Translations under genes and position numbers: made by a program
In this document: positions 52,435 to 64,000 of the stretch, piece by piece
Layout: each line of letters begins with the position of its first letter
How positions within the stretch are numbered: the first letter of the stretch is position 1
Notes under the pieces: generated by a model
Told to the model about the DNA's origin: nothing
Seen by the model: only the letters and a program-made list of their open reading frames with translations
Databases searched by the model: none
From: Mobula hypostoma
Lineage: Eukaryota
Direction: 5' to 3'
Assembly: GCF_963921235.1 (NCBI RefSeq)
Contig: NC_086097.1
Location: forward strand, 255,504,001-255,568,000
Length of the DNA stretch: 64,000 nucleotides

Positions 52435-52693
52435 CTAATGCAGCTTTGGCAGCTGCCGCAGCCACCCGGGGATCAACAACCGAGGCCAGGAATGCCACAG
52501 TGCTCATGACAGGGTTCCCAGACTGGCTGAAAGGAACAGGCTGGAAGGCCAAAGGACCAAGTGAGGAATCTGTGTCTTCCAAATATGGGTCTTCAATGGG
52601 GAGCCGCAGGAAATTCAGTATGCATTCATCTTGTGTGCGGCTCCCAACATGCTCAGATACTTTATTCCAGTCATCTTTGTACATTTCAAGAGC
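52435..52693 (-). CDS. SMARCC1: SMARCC1 exon (SANT and following SWIRM-associated region), 259 nt, phase 0/1
   Basis: TTTTTAG|GCTCTTGAAATG...GCATTAG|GTAAGG; translates [39 protein letters not shown]...[14 protein letters not shown]. Confidence 0.96.
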
Positions 52694-52861
52694 CTAAAAA
52701 TGAAAATTTTACAAATTTCATTCAAATGAATCTGTTGTTGTCACAACTTCAATTTACTGCCATTTAAGGGACATGTGAAAGCTCAGGGCAGGGAAGAGTC
52801 TGCAGTCTAGCTGGTCAAGCTTATTTACAGAATTGTAATTTTAAGGTGTTTACTATTAAAA

Positions 52862-54000
52862 AAACACAAGATCACAAGACATAGAAGCAGAATTAGGCCA
52901 ATCGGCCTGTTGAGTCTGCTCCGCAGTTCCACTATGGCTGATCCTTCTCAACCACATTCTTCTACCTTCTCCCAGTAATCTTTAACGTCCTGATTAATCA
53001 AAAACCTATCAGCCTCTGCTATAAACATATCCAATGACTTGGCCTCCACAACCATCTATAGCAATGAATTGCACAGATTCACCACCCTTGAGCTAAAGAA
53101 ATTCCATAAGACCATAAGATATAGGAGCAGAATTAGGCCATTTGGCTCAGTCTGCTCCATCATTTCATCACGGCTGATCCAACCTTTCCTCTCAGCCCCA
53201 ATCTCCTGTCTTCTCCCCATATCCCTTCATCTCTGACCAATCAAGAATTCATCAACTTCTGCCTTTTATATAAGAAAATATATAATAAAGGAAGCCTCCA
53301 CAGCTGTCTGTGGCAAAGAATTCCAAAGATTCACCTCTCTGGCTAAAGAAATTCCCTCCTCACCTCCGTTCTAAAAGGGCACCCCTCTAATCTGAGGCTC
53401 TCTCCCCAGGTATTGAGCTCCTCACTATCGGAAACATCCTCTCCAGATCCACTATCAAGGCTTTTCACCATTCCATGGGTTACAATGAGGTCACCCCTCA
53501 ATCTTCTGAATTCCAGTGACAGGTCCAGAGACATCAGACACTCTTCATAAGACAAGCCATTCGATCTTGAAATAATTTTTGATCCTCCTTTGAAGCCTCT
53601 CCAGTTTCAGCACATCCTTTCTAAGAAGAGAGGCCCAAAACTACTCACAATACTCCAAGTGAGGCATCACCAGTGCTTTACCCACATAGAATCTTTCTTG
53701 TAATACCATGGGCTCATAGCTTGTTAAGCAGCCTCATGTGTCAAAATCCTTCTGAAAAATCCAAATACACAACTTCCTTATCATTTCTTTAAATTCCAAC
53801 AGAATTGACAGGCAAGATTTTCCCTTGAGGAAGATCTGACGATGGCCTATTTTACATGTGCCTCCAAGTACCCTGACACCTTTATCTTTAGCAATCGATT
53901 CCAACATCTTCCCAACCACTGAGGTCAGACCTAACTGGGCTAAAATTTCCTTTCTGCTGCCTCTCTCCTTTCTTGAACAGTGGAGTAACATTAGTAATTT
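52862..54000 (-). mobile_element. CR1 fragments
   Basis: Two tails; SLEFRRLRGDLI and LTSVVGKMLES motifs. Confidence 0.75.
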
Positions 54001-57000
54001 GGTCCTTAATAATGGAAGCTGCCTTTCTGAGACACCACTCTCTGAAGATGTCCTGGGTACTTAATAGGCTAGTACCCAAGATAGAGCTGACTAGATTTAC
54101 AACCTTCTGCAGCTTCTTTCAGTCCTGTGCAGTAGCCCCTCCATACTAGAGAGAGATGCAGCCTGTCAGAATGCTCTCCACAATACAACTATAAAAGTTT
54201 TGAGTGTATTTGTTGACATGCCAAATCTCTTCAAACTCCTAATAAAGAATAGCCGCTATCCAGCCTTCTTTATAATTACATCGATATGTTAGGACCAGGT
54301 TAGATCCTCAGAAAACCTGAAACTGCTCACTCTCCACTTCTGATCCCTCTATGAGGATTGATATGTGCTTCTTCGTCCTACCCTTCCTGAAGTCCACAAT
54401 CAGCTCTTTCGTCTTACTGATGTTGAGTGCCAGGTTGTTGCTGTGGCACCACTGCACTAGTTGGCATATCTCACTCCTGTACACCCCCTCGTCACCACCT
54501 GAGATTCTACCAACAATGGTTGTATCCTCAGCAAATTTAGAGGGTATTTGAGCTATGCCTAGCCACACAGTCATGTGTATATAGAGAGTAGAGCAGTGGG
54601 CTAAGCACACACCCCTAAGATGCCAGTGTTGATCGTCAGCAAGGGAGATACGTTATCACCAATACGCACAGATTGCGGTCTTCCAGTTAGGAAGTCGAGG
54701 ATCCAATTGCAGAGGGAGGTACAGAGGCCCAGGTTCTGTAACATCTCAATCAGGATTGTGGGAATGAAGGTATTAAATGCTGAGCTATAGTCAATGAACA
54801 GCACCCTGCCTTTGGTGTTTGCATTGTCCAGGTGGTCTAAAGCATGTGGAGAGCCACTGAGATTGCATCTGCTGTTGACCTATTGTGGCGATAGGCAAAT
54901 TGCAATGGGTCAGGTCCTTGCTGAGGTAGGAGTTCAGTCTAGTCATGACCAACCTCTCAAAGCATCTCATCACTGTCGATGTGAGTGCTACCGGGCGACA
55001 GTCATTAAGGCAGCCCACATTATTCTTCTTAGGCACTGGTATAATTGTTGCCTTTTTGAAGCAAATGGGAACTTCTGCCCGTAGCAGTGAGAGGTTGAAA
55101 ATGTCCTTGAATACTCCCACTAGTTGGCTGGCACTGGTTTTCAGAGCCTGACCAGGTACTCCATTGGGACCTTCCACCTTGCGAGGGTTCACTCTTTTTA
55201 AAGACAGCCTAACATCAGCCTCTGAAATGCAGATCACAGGGTCATCAGGGATCTTCACAGCTGTAGTTGTGTTCTCTCTTTCAAAGCCTGCATAGAAGGT
55301 GTTGAGTTTATCTGGAAGGGAAGCATCACTGCCATTCATGCTATTGGGTTTCACTTTGTAGGAAGTAATGCCTTGCAGACCCTGCCAGAGTTGCCATGCA
55401 TCTGATGTCGCCTCCAACCTAGTTCAAAATGGTCTCTTTGCCCTTGAAATATCCCTCTGCAAACCATTCCTGGCTTTCTGGTACAGGCCTGGGTCGCCAG
55501 ACTGAAATGTCATAGCCTTCAGCAGATGACGTACCTCCCGGTTCATCCATGGCTTTTGGCTTGGGAATGTACAGTAAGTCTTTGTGGGCACACACATATC
55601 CACATAGGTTTAAATGAAGTCGGTTACAACTGCAGAATAATCATCCAGGTTCGAAGATGAATCTCTGAATACAGTCCAGTCCACCGATTCAAAGCAGTCC
55701 TGAAGGCGCTCCTGTGCTTCCATTGTTCATACTTTCTTGGTCCTCACTGCTGGTGCTGCAGTCTTCAGTCTCTGCCTATACTAAGGGAGAAGAAGTAAAG
55801 CCAGGTGATCAGACGTCCCGAAGTGAGGGAATGGAATAGCACGGTAGGCATTCTTGATGGTGGTGTAGCAGTGGTCCAGTATGTTGTTTCCTCTAGTATT
55901 GCAAGTGATCTGTTGATGGTATTTGCTTAGTGATTTTTCTCAGACTGGCCTGGTTAAAATCTCCCAAAACGATGGTGAAGGTGTTGGGGTGCACTGTTTT
56001 GTGCATGTTGATCCCATTGCTCAGATCACTAAAGCCTGCTTTACGTTGGCCTGAGGTGGAATGTAAACTGCTACCAAATTTACCCCAGAGAACTCCCATG
56101 GTAGGTAAAAAGGACGGCACTTAACTGCTAGATATTCCAGGTCTGGTAAGTAGAATTGGGGCAGCACTGATATGTTTGTGCACCCAGATGAGTTGATCAT
56201 GAGACATACTCCTCTACCTCTGTAGACTCTATAGATCTGTTCTGACGGTGTATCCTAAACCTGTCAATCTGAATTGCTGCATCCAGTATGGAAAGGGTTA
56301 ACCAGGATTCCGTGAAACAAAGAACACATGCGGTCCTAATGTCCCTTTGATTCAGCACCCAACCTTTGAGATCATCGATTTTATTCACCAGATTCTGCAC
56401 GTTCGCCAGCAAGATAGTCGGTATACGGAGTTTAAAACCCAGTTTCCTTAAGCGCACTTGTAATCCTGCTCTAAACCCACGCTTCCTCCAAGATGTGGAT
56501 AGGGGAGAACCAGTGGATGTGGTATATTTGGATTTTCAAAAGGCTTTTGACAAGGTCCCACACAGGAGATTAGTGTGCAAACTTAAAGCACATGGTATTG
56601 GGGGTAAGGTATTGATGTGGATAGAGAATTGGTTGGCAGACAGGAAGCAAAGAGTGGGAATAAACAGGACCTTTTCAGAATGGCAGGCAGTGACTAGTGG
56701 GGTACTGCAAGGCTCAGTGCTGGGACCCCAATTGTTTACAATATATATTAATGACTTAGATGAGGGAATTAAATGCAGCATCTCCAAGTTTGCGGATGAC
56801 ACGAAGTTGGGCGGCAGTGTTAGCTGCGAGGAGGATGCTAAGAGGATGCAGGGTGACTTGGACAGGTTGGGTGAGTGGGCAAATTCATGGCAGATGCAAT
56901 TTAATGTGGATAAGTGTGAGGTTATCCACTTTGGTGGCAAAAACAGGAAAACGGATTATTATCTGAATGGTGGCCTATTAGGAAAAGGGGAGGTGCAACG

Positions 57001-57900
57001 AGACCTGGGTGTCATTATACACCAGTCATTGAAAGTGGGCATGCAGGTACAGCAGGCGGTGAAAAGGCGAATGGTATGCTGGCATTCATAGCAAGAGGAT
57101 TCGAGTACAGGAGCAGGGAGGTACTACTGCAGTTGTACAAGGCCTTGGTGAGACCACACCTGGAGTATTGTGTGCAGTTTTGGTCCCCTAATCTGAGGAA
57201 AGACATCCTTGCCATAGAGGGAGTACAAAGAAGGTTCACCAGATTGATTCCTGGGATGGCAGGACTTTCATATGATGAAAGACTGGATCAACTAGGCTTA
57301 TACTCGTTGGAATTTAGAAGATTGAGGGGGGATCTGATTGAAACGTATAAAATCCTAAAGGGATTGGACAGGCTAGATGCAGGAAGATTGTTCCCAATGT
57401 TGGGGAAGTCCAGAACGAGGGGTCACAGTTTGAGGATAAAGGGGAAGCCATTTAGGACCGAGATGAGGAAAAACTTCTTCACACAGAGAGTGGTGAATCT
57501 GTGGAATTCTCTGCCACAGGAAACAGTTGAGGCTAGTTCATTGGCTATATTTAAGAGGGAGTTAGATATGTCCCTTGTGGCTAAAGGGATCAGGGGGTAT
57601 GGAGGGAAGGCTGGTGCAGGGTTCTGAGTTGGATGATCAGCCATGATCATACTGAACGGCGGTGCAGGCTCGAAGGGCCAAATGGCCTACTCCTGCACCT
57701 ATTTTCTATGTCTCTATGTCCTATGTGGGCACTTCTGACCCCAATCGGTGCTGTTTCTGTCAGTTTTAAGCAGCAATAGTTCGTTTAAACGCATTAAGAC
57801 ATTTTTGTTGACTGTACTGATCTTGGAAGCAGTTGTGCTTTTTAAGCTATATCAGGCTGAAACAGGAATATTTAATCGTATCCATTGAGAGTACCGCTGC
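54000..57900 (-). mobile_element. Long Rex1/Babar-like LINE (APE and RT) interrupted by a young CR1
   Basis: LLANVQNLVNKIDDL, CFTESWL, CLNDCRPVALTSTVMRCFERLV and [11 protein letters not shown] motifs. Confidence 0.85.
56490..57726 (+). mobile_element. Young 5'-truncated CR1, same subfamily as 2374-4260 and 9170-9881
   Basis: Nearly identical sequence to those copies; RT ORF with one frameshift near 57062; tail. Confidence 0.93.
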
Positions 57901-58199
57901 TACTCGAGTTACGCTTATGTGCCCCAGAAGCGAGAGAAGCCACCCACAACTATTCATGAACCTCACAGAATGGGACCCAAGACTCTTGCATCTCCTGCCT
58001 AATCGCAGCCATGAGAAGAGAGGGAGACGGGTCAAATGCAACCAGACAGGATGGATTCAGATGGGAGATAATGGCTGACTCGGTAGAGTGATGCTTAATA
58101 TGCTTCCAGCGTCAACATAGCATATCCACCACTCACTGAACCCTAACCCATACATCTTTGGGCTATGGGAGGAAACCAGAGCACCCAGTGATTGCAGGA

Positions 58200-58792
58200 A
58201 AGTAAGGAGGGCAGGATACATTTTACACAGAGAATGGTGAGTGCGTGGAACATTTTGTCAGGAGTGGTGATTGAGGCAGATTTTAAGACCAGAAGACAGA
58301 AGCAGAATTAGGCCATTTGGTCTGCTCTACCATTCCATCACTTCAAATTTATTATCTCTCTCAACCATCTCCCCATAAGCTTTTACACCCTTGCTATTCC
58401 AGAACCTATCAACCCCCACTTTAAATATAACCAATGACTTGGCATCCACAACTGTCCATGGCAATAAATTCCACAAATTCACTACTGTCTGGCCAAAGAA
58501 ATTCCTTATCTGTTCTAATGGACATCCCTCTATTCTCAGGCTGCACCCTCTGGTCCTAGACTACCCCACTATAGGAAATATCTCCACATCTACTCTGTTC
58601 AATGGATTTCAATGAAATTCCTCAATGAGATACATTAGGGGCACTTAAGAATCTCTCAGACACATGATTGTTAGAAAAATGGAGAGCTATAGAGAGCAAA
58701 ACATTTAGATTGATATTAGAGCAGATTAAATGTCAGCACTACATCGTGGGCTGAAGGGTCCGTACAGTGCCGTAGTGTTCTATGTTCTATGT
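58200..58792. mobile_element. Nested CR1 3' fragments
   Basis: Plus-strand tail GTGTTCTATGTTCTATG; minus-strand 3' end inside at ~58287-58630. Confidence 0.6.
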
Positions 58793-59159
58793 GAGAATTT
58801 GAATCAGACTTAATATCAATGGCATATTTCATGAAATTGTACTTCTGTTGCAAAACAACATTGCAATACATAATAAAAATGTACAAGTTATCGCAAATCA
58901 GTTAGAATGCCTTTCAGCTCACCGACTTTAAATTCTCCATACAGTGAGTGTGCTTTTGTGCATTTGCCATTCTTCAAGTTGCCAAAAGAAAACAGGAAAA
59001 TAAATTAAGCTGACACACTTAACTACTATACCCCAGTAGTCTGAGTAATCTCTCCTCCTCCAAAACATTACAAGAAGCAGATAGCACCCAACGCAAACCA
59101 AATAACTGGACATCTCTGCTACCTACAGGATTAATCAGAGCATTTTTATTTTGTATATC

Positions 59160-59865
59160 CATTCCTCAGAGGGATAAGGAATGAAGAGAGTGAGCAATTT
59201 CAAGTTCCTGCGTGTCAATATCTCTGAGGACCTAACCTGCAGGCAACATTGATGCAGTTATAAAGAAGCCAATACAACAGATATATTTCATTAGGAGTTT
59301 GAGGAGGTTTGGTTCATCAACTACAACACTCAAACGTCTACAAATGTACCGTGGAGTGCATTCTGACTGGCTGCATCACTGTCTGGTACAGGGAGGGGGT
59401 TGTTACTACACAAGATCAAAGTTAGTTACAGAACTTGTAACATTAGTCCGCTCTATCATGGGTATTTGTCTCCATGGTATCCAAGACATCTTCAAGGAGA
59501 GATGCCATAGGAAGGCTGTGTCCATCACTAAGGATCCCCACTGCCCAGGACATGGCCTCTTCTCATTGTTACCATTGGGATGAAAGTACAGAAGCCTGAT
59601 AACACACTCAACAAATCAGGAACAGCTTCTTCCCCTCTGCCATCTGATTTTTAAATGGACGTTGAACCCATGAACACCACTTCACTTCATTTGTTTTTTT
59701 TTCCCCCACTCCTCATTTTAGCTTAACTATCTAATAGACATATATACATAATGTAATTCAGCTTTTTCACCTCTGTTTATTGATCATGTATTTCATTGTA
59801 CTGCTGCTATAAAGTTAACACACTACACGACATATGCCGGTGATATTAAACCTGATTCCGATTCC
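59160..59865 (+). mobile_element. Rex1/Babar-like LINE 3' end
   Basis: ITKDPHCPGHGLFSLLP motif; tail AAACCTGATTCCGATTC. Confidence 0.75.
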
Positions 59866-59967
59866 TCCGTATAAACTACATTATTTTGATGCTATTTTCA
59901 GGAGGTTCTTGTTAATTAATATTCAGCTATTCCAGAAAGGAACAACTTCTGATTGAGAATCACTCAC

Positions 59968-60027
59968 CTCTAAAAGGAGCAGGGTTTCCTGGTCCGTCCA
60001 GTCTCTGGATGCACTAGCTTTGCTTTG
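59968..60027 (-). CDS. SMARCC1: SMARCC1 exon (start of SANT domain), 60 nt, phase 0/0
   Basis: Minus strand reads TTACAG|CAAAGC...TTAGAG|GTGAGT and translates QSKASASRDWTDQETLLLLE, matching the BAF155 SANT start (REWTEQETLLLLE). Confidence 0.92.
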
Positions 60028-60329
60028 CTGTAACAGATAGGCAGTGAAAATTGTGAATATGCCATTGGAAATGCACCAGCATCATCTACTGCCTTAATAT
60101 CTTCTCTTGATTTTAAACTTTTCCTTTCTACCATTTATTTTGTCTAATGACCAAGGCACAACTGGTCCAATGGTAGTGGGTTATTGTTATATTTGCTTAC
60201 AAAGTCAGTTACAAGGCACTACCTGGATAGCTGGGTCTCTAAGGCTTTATGAAGGACACTTTACAAACACTCACACAATAGGCAATACATTTAACTGTAG
60301 AATATCAGTCTAGAATGTGCTACAGTCCT

Positions 60330-60932
60330 CATGGCTACATTTGTACACTCCAGCAATGACCATTAGATAATGAGAATTAACATTCTATTCTGGGCAGAGA
60401 ACCCCACATCATACACCAGCATGCTCTTTACCTGATGGGATAACCATAGCCTTTGGCCAGGAGATGTCATCAAATGGTGACCAATCTTCATAGTGTTTCT
60501 ACCCTTAACCACGACACTCTCCAGTTGGCAGGTCAGCAGTGGTAGCCAAGTCACAGCCCATCTGCTCCTGACATCCAACTCAGCTCTTCTCACCTGCTCC
60601 ATATCCAACAAGAGGCTCTTGCTGCTTTCTCCTCCATCCTGCAAGCTGCTTGGTTCTTGTTCTTTTCATCAAGAGCCTTGCCAACCTTGCTGGGAACCCT
60701 CTACAGCCGATCTCCACAGGGAATAGCCACGTCTGCCATCCTTTGTCCCTGCACTCCTGAACTAAGGATTGGAACTTTAAGGTCTTCCTTTCCTGAGCCT
60801 TTGCGCATCCTTCCTTCCAGGGTACTGTGAGATCCACCAGGATGATTTTCTTGTCTTTGGTGGGCCACAGTATGATGTCTGGTTGAACAGTGGTTTGCAC
60901 CACCTCCGGGAACTGCAGCTCCCTCCCCATTT
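60330..60932 (-). mobile_element. Hero/NeSL-type (restriction-like endonuclease) LINE 3' end
   Basis: QPDIILW...IILVDLTVPW...RKTLKFQSL...FPVEIGCRGF, a PD-(D/E)xK RLE motif. Confidence 0.8.
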
Positions 60933-61364
60933 CGACCTCACACTTCTCCGGGTTGAACTCCATCTGCCACTTCTCAGCCCACTTCTGCATCCTATCAATG
61001 TCTCTCTGCAATCTTTGACAATCCTCTACACTATCTACAACACCACCAACCTTTGTGTCGTCTGCAAACTTGCCAACCCACCCTTCTACCCCCACATCCA
61101 GGTCGTTAATAAAAATCACGAAAAGTGGGCCAAATGGTCTGTTCCTGTGCTATTTATGTTATTTCCCTTTACTCCACTGTAAATGACAAAATTGACTGGA
61201 AAAGAATACTGTCGGGGATGACAGCAGAGCAGCAACGCTGGTAATTTCTGGAAAATTCAGAAGGCACAGGAGATATACATCACAAAGTTTTCTAAAGGCA
61301 AGATGACACAGTGGTGGTTAACAAGTAAAAGCAAACATGAAAGAGGGCACAAAAGTAAAAGAAT

Positions 61365-62898
61365 TATACCATAAGACGTAGGAGCAGAATCATGTCATTT
61401 GGCCCATTGAGTCTGTTCCACCCTTCAATCATGGCTGATCCTTTTCTCCCTCTCCTCAGTCCCACTCCTCAGCCTTTTCCCTATAACCTTTGATGCCGTG
61501 TCCAATCAAGAACCTATCAAGCTCTGTCTAAGTACACCCACAGCTACCTGTATTAACAAATTCCAAAAATTCACCACCCTCTGGCTAAAGAAATTTCTCC
61601 ACATCTGTTTTAAATGTACAACCCTCTATCCTGAGGCTGTGCCCTTTTGTCCTAGACTCCCCCCACCATGGGAAACATCCTTTCCACATCTACTCTGTTT
61701 AAACCTTTCAACATTCAAAAGGTTTCAATGAGATTCCCCCCCACCATCCTTCTAGATACCAGCAAGTACAGACCCAAAGCCATCAAACGTTCATCGTATG
61801 ATGATCCTTTCGTTCCCAGGATCATCCTCTGAACCCTCTCCAATGCCAGCACATCTCTTGTTAGATGAGTAGTCCAAAACTGTTTACAATACTGATGCAG
61901 TCTCACCAGTCCCTTATAAAGCCTCGGCATCACATCCTCGCTCTTGTATTCCAGACCTCTTGAAATAAATGGTAGCGTTCCATTTGCCTTCCTCACTCAC
62001 CACTGAAAGTTAAATTTTAGAGTGTTCTGCACAAGGACTCCCAAATTCCTCTGGATCTCAGTGTTCTGGATTTTCTCCCAGCTTAGAAAATAGTCTGCAC
62101 ATTTATTTCTACTACCAAAGAGCGTGACCATGCATTTGCCAACATTGTATTTCATTTGCCACTCTCTTGCTCATTCTCCTAATCTGTCCAAGTCCTTCTG
62201 CAGCTTACTAGTTTCCTCAACACTACCAGCCCCTCGACCATTCTCCACATCATCTGCAAACATGACAAAGCCATCTATTCCATCTAAATCATTGATATTC
62301 AGCATAAAAAGCAGTCCCAACATCGACCTCTGCAGAACACCACTAGTCACTGGCAGACAACCAGAAAATGATCCTTCTATTCCCACTCGCTGCCTCCTAC
62401 CAATTAGCCAATGCTCTAACCACGCCAGTAACTTTCCTGTAATACCATGAGCTCCTAACTTGGTAAACACCCTCATGTGTGGCATCTTGTCAAAGGCTTC
62501 CAGGAAGTCCAAATATACAGTATCCACTGCATCCCCTTTTTCCATTCTATGTGCAATCTCCTTAAAGAATTCCAACAGTTTGTTAGGTAAGATTTTCCCT
62601 TAAGGAAGCTATGCTGACTTTGTCCTACTTGTCCCGTGTCAACAAGTTCTCCATAACCTCAACCTTAACAATTGACACCAACATCTTCCCAACCACTAAG
62701 GTCAGGCTAACTGGTCTGTAATTTCCTTTCTTCTGCCTCTCTCCCTTCTTGAAGAGTGTAGTGGCATTTGCAATTTCCAATTCTTACAGAACCATGCCAG
62801 AATCAATTGATTCTTGAAAGATCATTACCAATGGCTCACAATCTCTTCAGACATCTTTTTCAGAACCCCGGGCTGTATACCATCTGGTTCAGGTGACT
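61365..62898 (-). mobile_element. CR1 RT/3' end
   Basis: VYLDFLEAFDKMPH and FADD motifs; tail at the left end. Confidence 0.85.
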
Positions 62899-62900
62899 TA

Positions 62901-63757
62901 CAGTGGTATGCAAAGGTTTGGGCACCCCTGGTCTAATTTCTGTTACTGTGAATAGCTAAGCAAGTAAAAGATGAACTGATTTCCAAAAGGCATTAAGATG
63001 ACACATTTCTTTAATATTTTAAGGAAACTTTTTTATTTCCGTCTTTTACAGTTTCAAAATAACAAAAAAGGAAAAGGGCCCAAAGCAAAAGTTTGGGCAC
63101 CCTGCATGGTCAGTACGTAGTAACACCCTCTTTGGCAAGTATCACAGCTTGTAAATGCTTTCTGTAGCCAGCGAAGTGTCTTTCAATTCTTGTTTGGGGG
63201 ATTTTCGCCCATTCTTCCTTGCAAAAGGCTTCTAGTTCTGTGAGATTCTTGGGCCGTCTTGCATGCACTGCTCTTTTGGGGTCTATCCACAGATTCTCGA
63301 TGATGTTTAGGTCAGAGGATTGTGAAGGCCATGGCAAAACCTTCAGCTTGTGCCTCTTGAGGTAGTCCATTGTGGATTTTGAGGTGTGTTTAGGATCACT
63401 ATCCTGTTGTAGAAGCCATTCCCTTTTCATCTTCAGCAGTTTTTTTTTTAAACAGACGGTGTGATGTTTGCTTCCAGAATTTGCTGGTATTTAATTGAAT
63501 TCATTCTTCCCTTTACCAGTAAATGTTCCCCGTGCCACTGGCTGCAACACAAGCCCAAAGCATGATCAATCCACACCCATGCTTAACAGTTGGAGAGGTG
63601 TTCTTTTCATGCAATTCTGCACCCTTTTTTCTCCAAATATACCTTTGCTCAATGCGGCCAAAAAGTTCTATCCAAAAGGTTCAAAGGAATATCTAAAGAA
63701 GCCTGATGCATTTTGGAAACAAGTCCTGTGGACTGATGAAGTTAAAATTGAACTTTT
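62901..63757 (-). mobile_element. Tc1/mariner (IR/DR type) right end and transposase C-terminus
   Basis: TA|CAGTGGTATGCAAAGGTTTGGGCACCC with inner repeat AAAAGTTTGGGCACCC at ~63087; QQDSDPKHT and WPSQSSDLNIIENLW motifs. Confidence 0.9.
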
Positions 63758-63774
63758 TGCTGAATGCACGAAGA

Positions 63775-64000
63775 CTTTTGGCTGCTCACCCTCGAGAATG
63801 CCATTGTCATGATCTGAGACATCGCTGACCTAGGCACCAGGAAGGAAACATACATTCCTAGTGTCTCTATCGTGCCCGCAGAACCTTGTCTCTGTTCCTC
63901 TGAATAAGGAATCTCCTATCAGCACTGCAGTCTTCTTCACCTCTTGTTCTTCTGAGTCACAGCACCAGACTCAGTGCCAGAGACCCAGTCACTCAACAAT
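63775..64000 (-). mobile_element. CR1 ORF1 fragment
   Basis: Similar to 51000-51220 (esterase region). Confidence 0.6.

Noticed and set aside
56366..57091. 241-aa RT ORF with a novel N-terminus
   Set aside because: Chance read-in from antisense Rex1 sequence into the CR1 insertion
2374..57726. Prokaryotic RT systems (retron, DGR, CRISPR-RT)
   Set aside because: All RTs are eukaryotic retroelement types inside spliceosomal introns; no repeat-spacer array is visible
58110..58190. SINE remnants (also ~12430-12530 and ~32990-33025)
   Set aside because: Only a short TCTTTGG...GGAGGAAACC-type motif is recognisable; family and boundaries cannot be supported

Overview
Vertebrate intragenic DNA, not prokaryotic. 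The repeat families suggest a cartilaginous fish such as a ray (inference). The window holds seven phase-consistent GT-AG coding exons of SMARCC1/BAF155 on the minus strand, covering the SANT domain through the leucine-zipper/coiled coil; the gene runs off both ends. The introns (up to about 31.5 kb) are almost entirely transposable elements. These are many CR1 LINEs of several ages, Rex1/Babar-like, RTE and Hero/RLE LINEs, Penelope-like elements with GIY-YIG remnants and minimal hammerhead ribozymes, a two-LTR Gmr1-like Gypsy element, and Tigger, hAT, Harbinger and Tc1 DNA elements, often deeply nested. Most notable observations: (1) a ~190-bp hairpin mini-element with an intact hammerhead ribozyme between perfect 49-bp arms, bounded by a 15-bp duplication; (2) three fold-back Penelope insertions, each with a ~15-bp target duplication; (3) a candidate 49-nt poison exon and a candidate 21/40-nt alternative exon of SMARCC1; (4) a shrunken LTR element whose gag-pol stays in one reading frame. 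Boundaries of old TEs are approximate, and family names come from motif recognition, not database searches.
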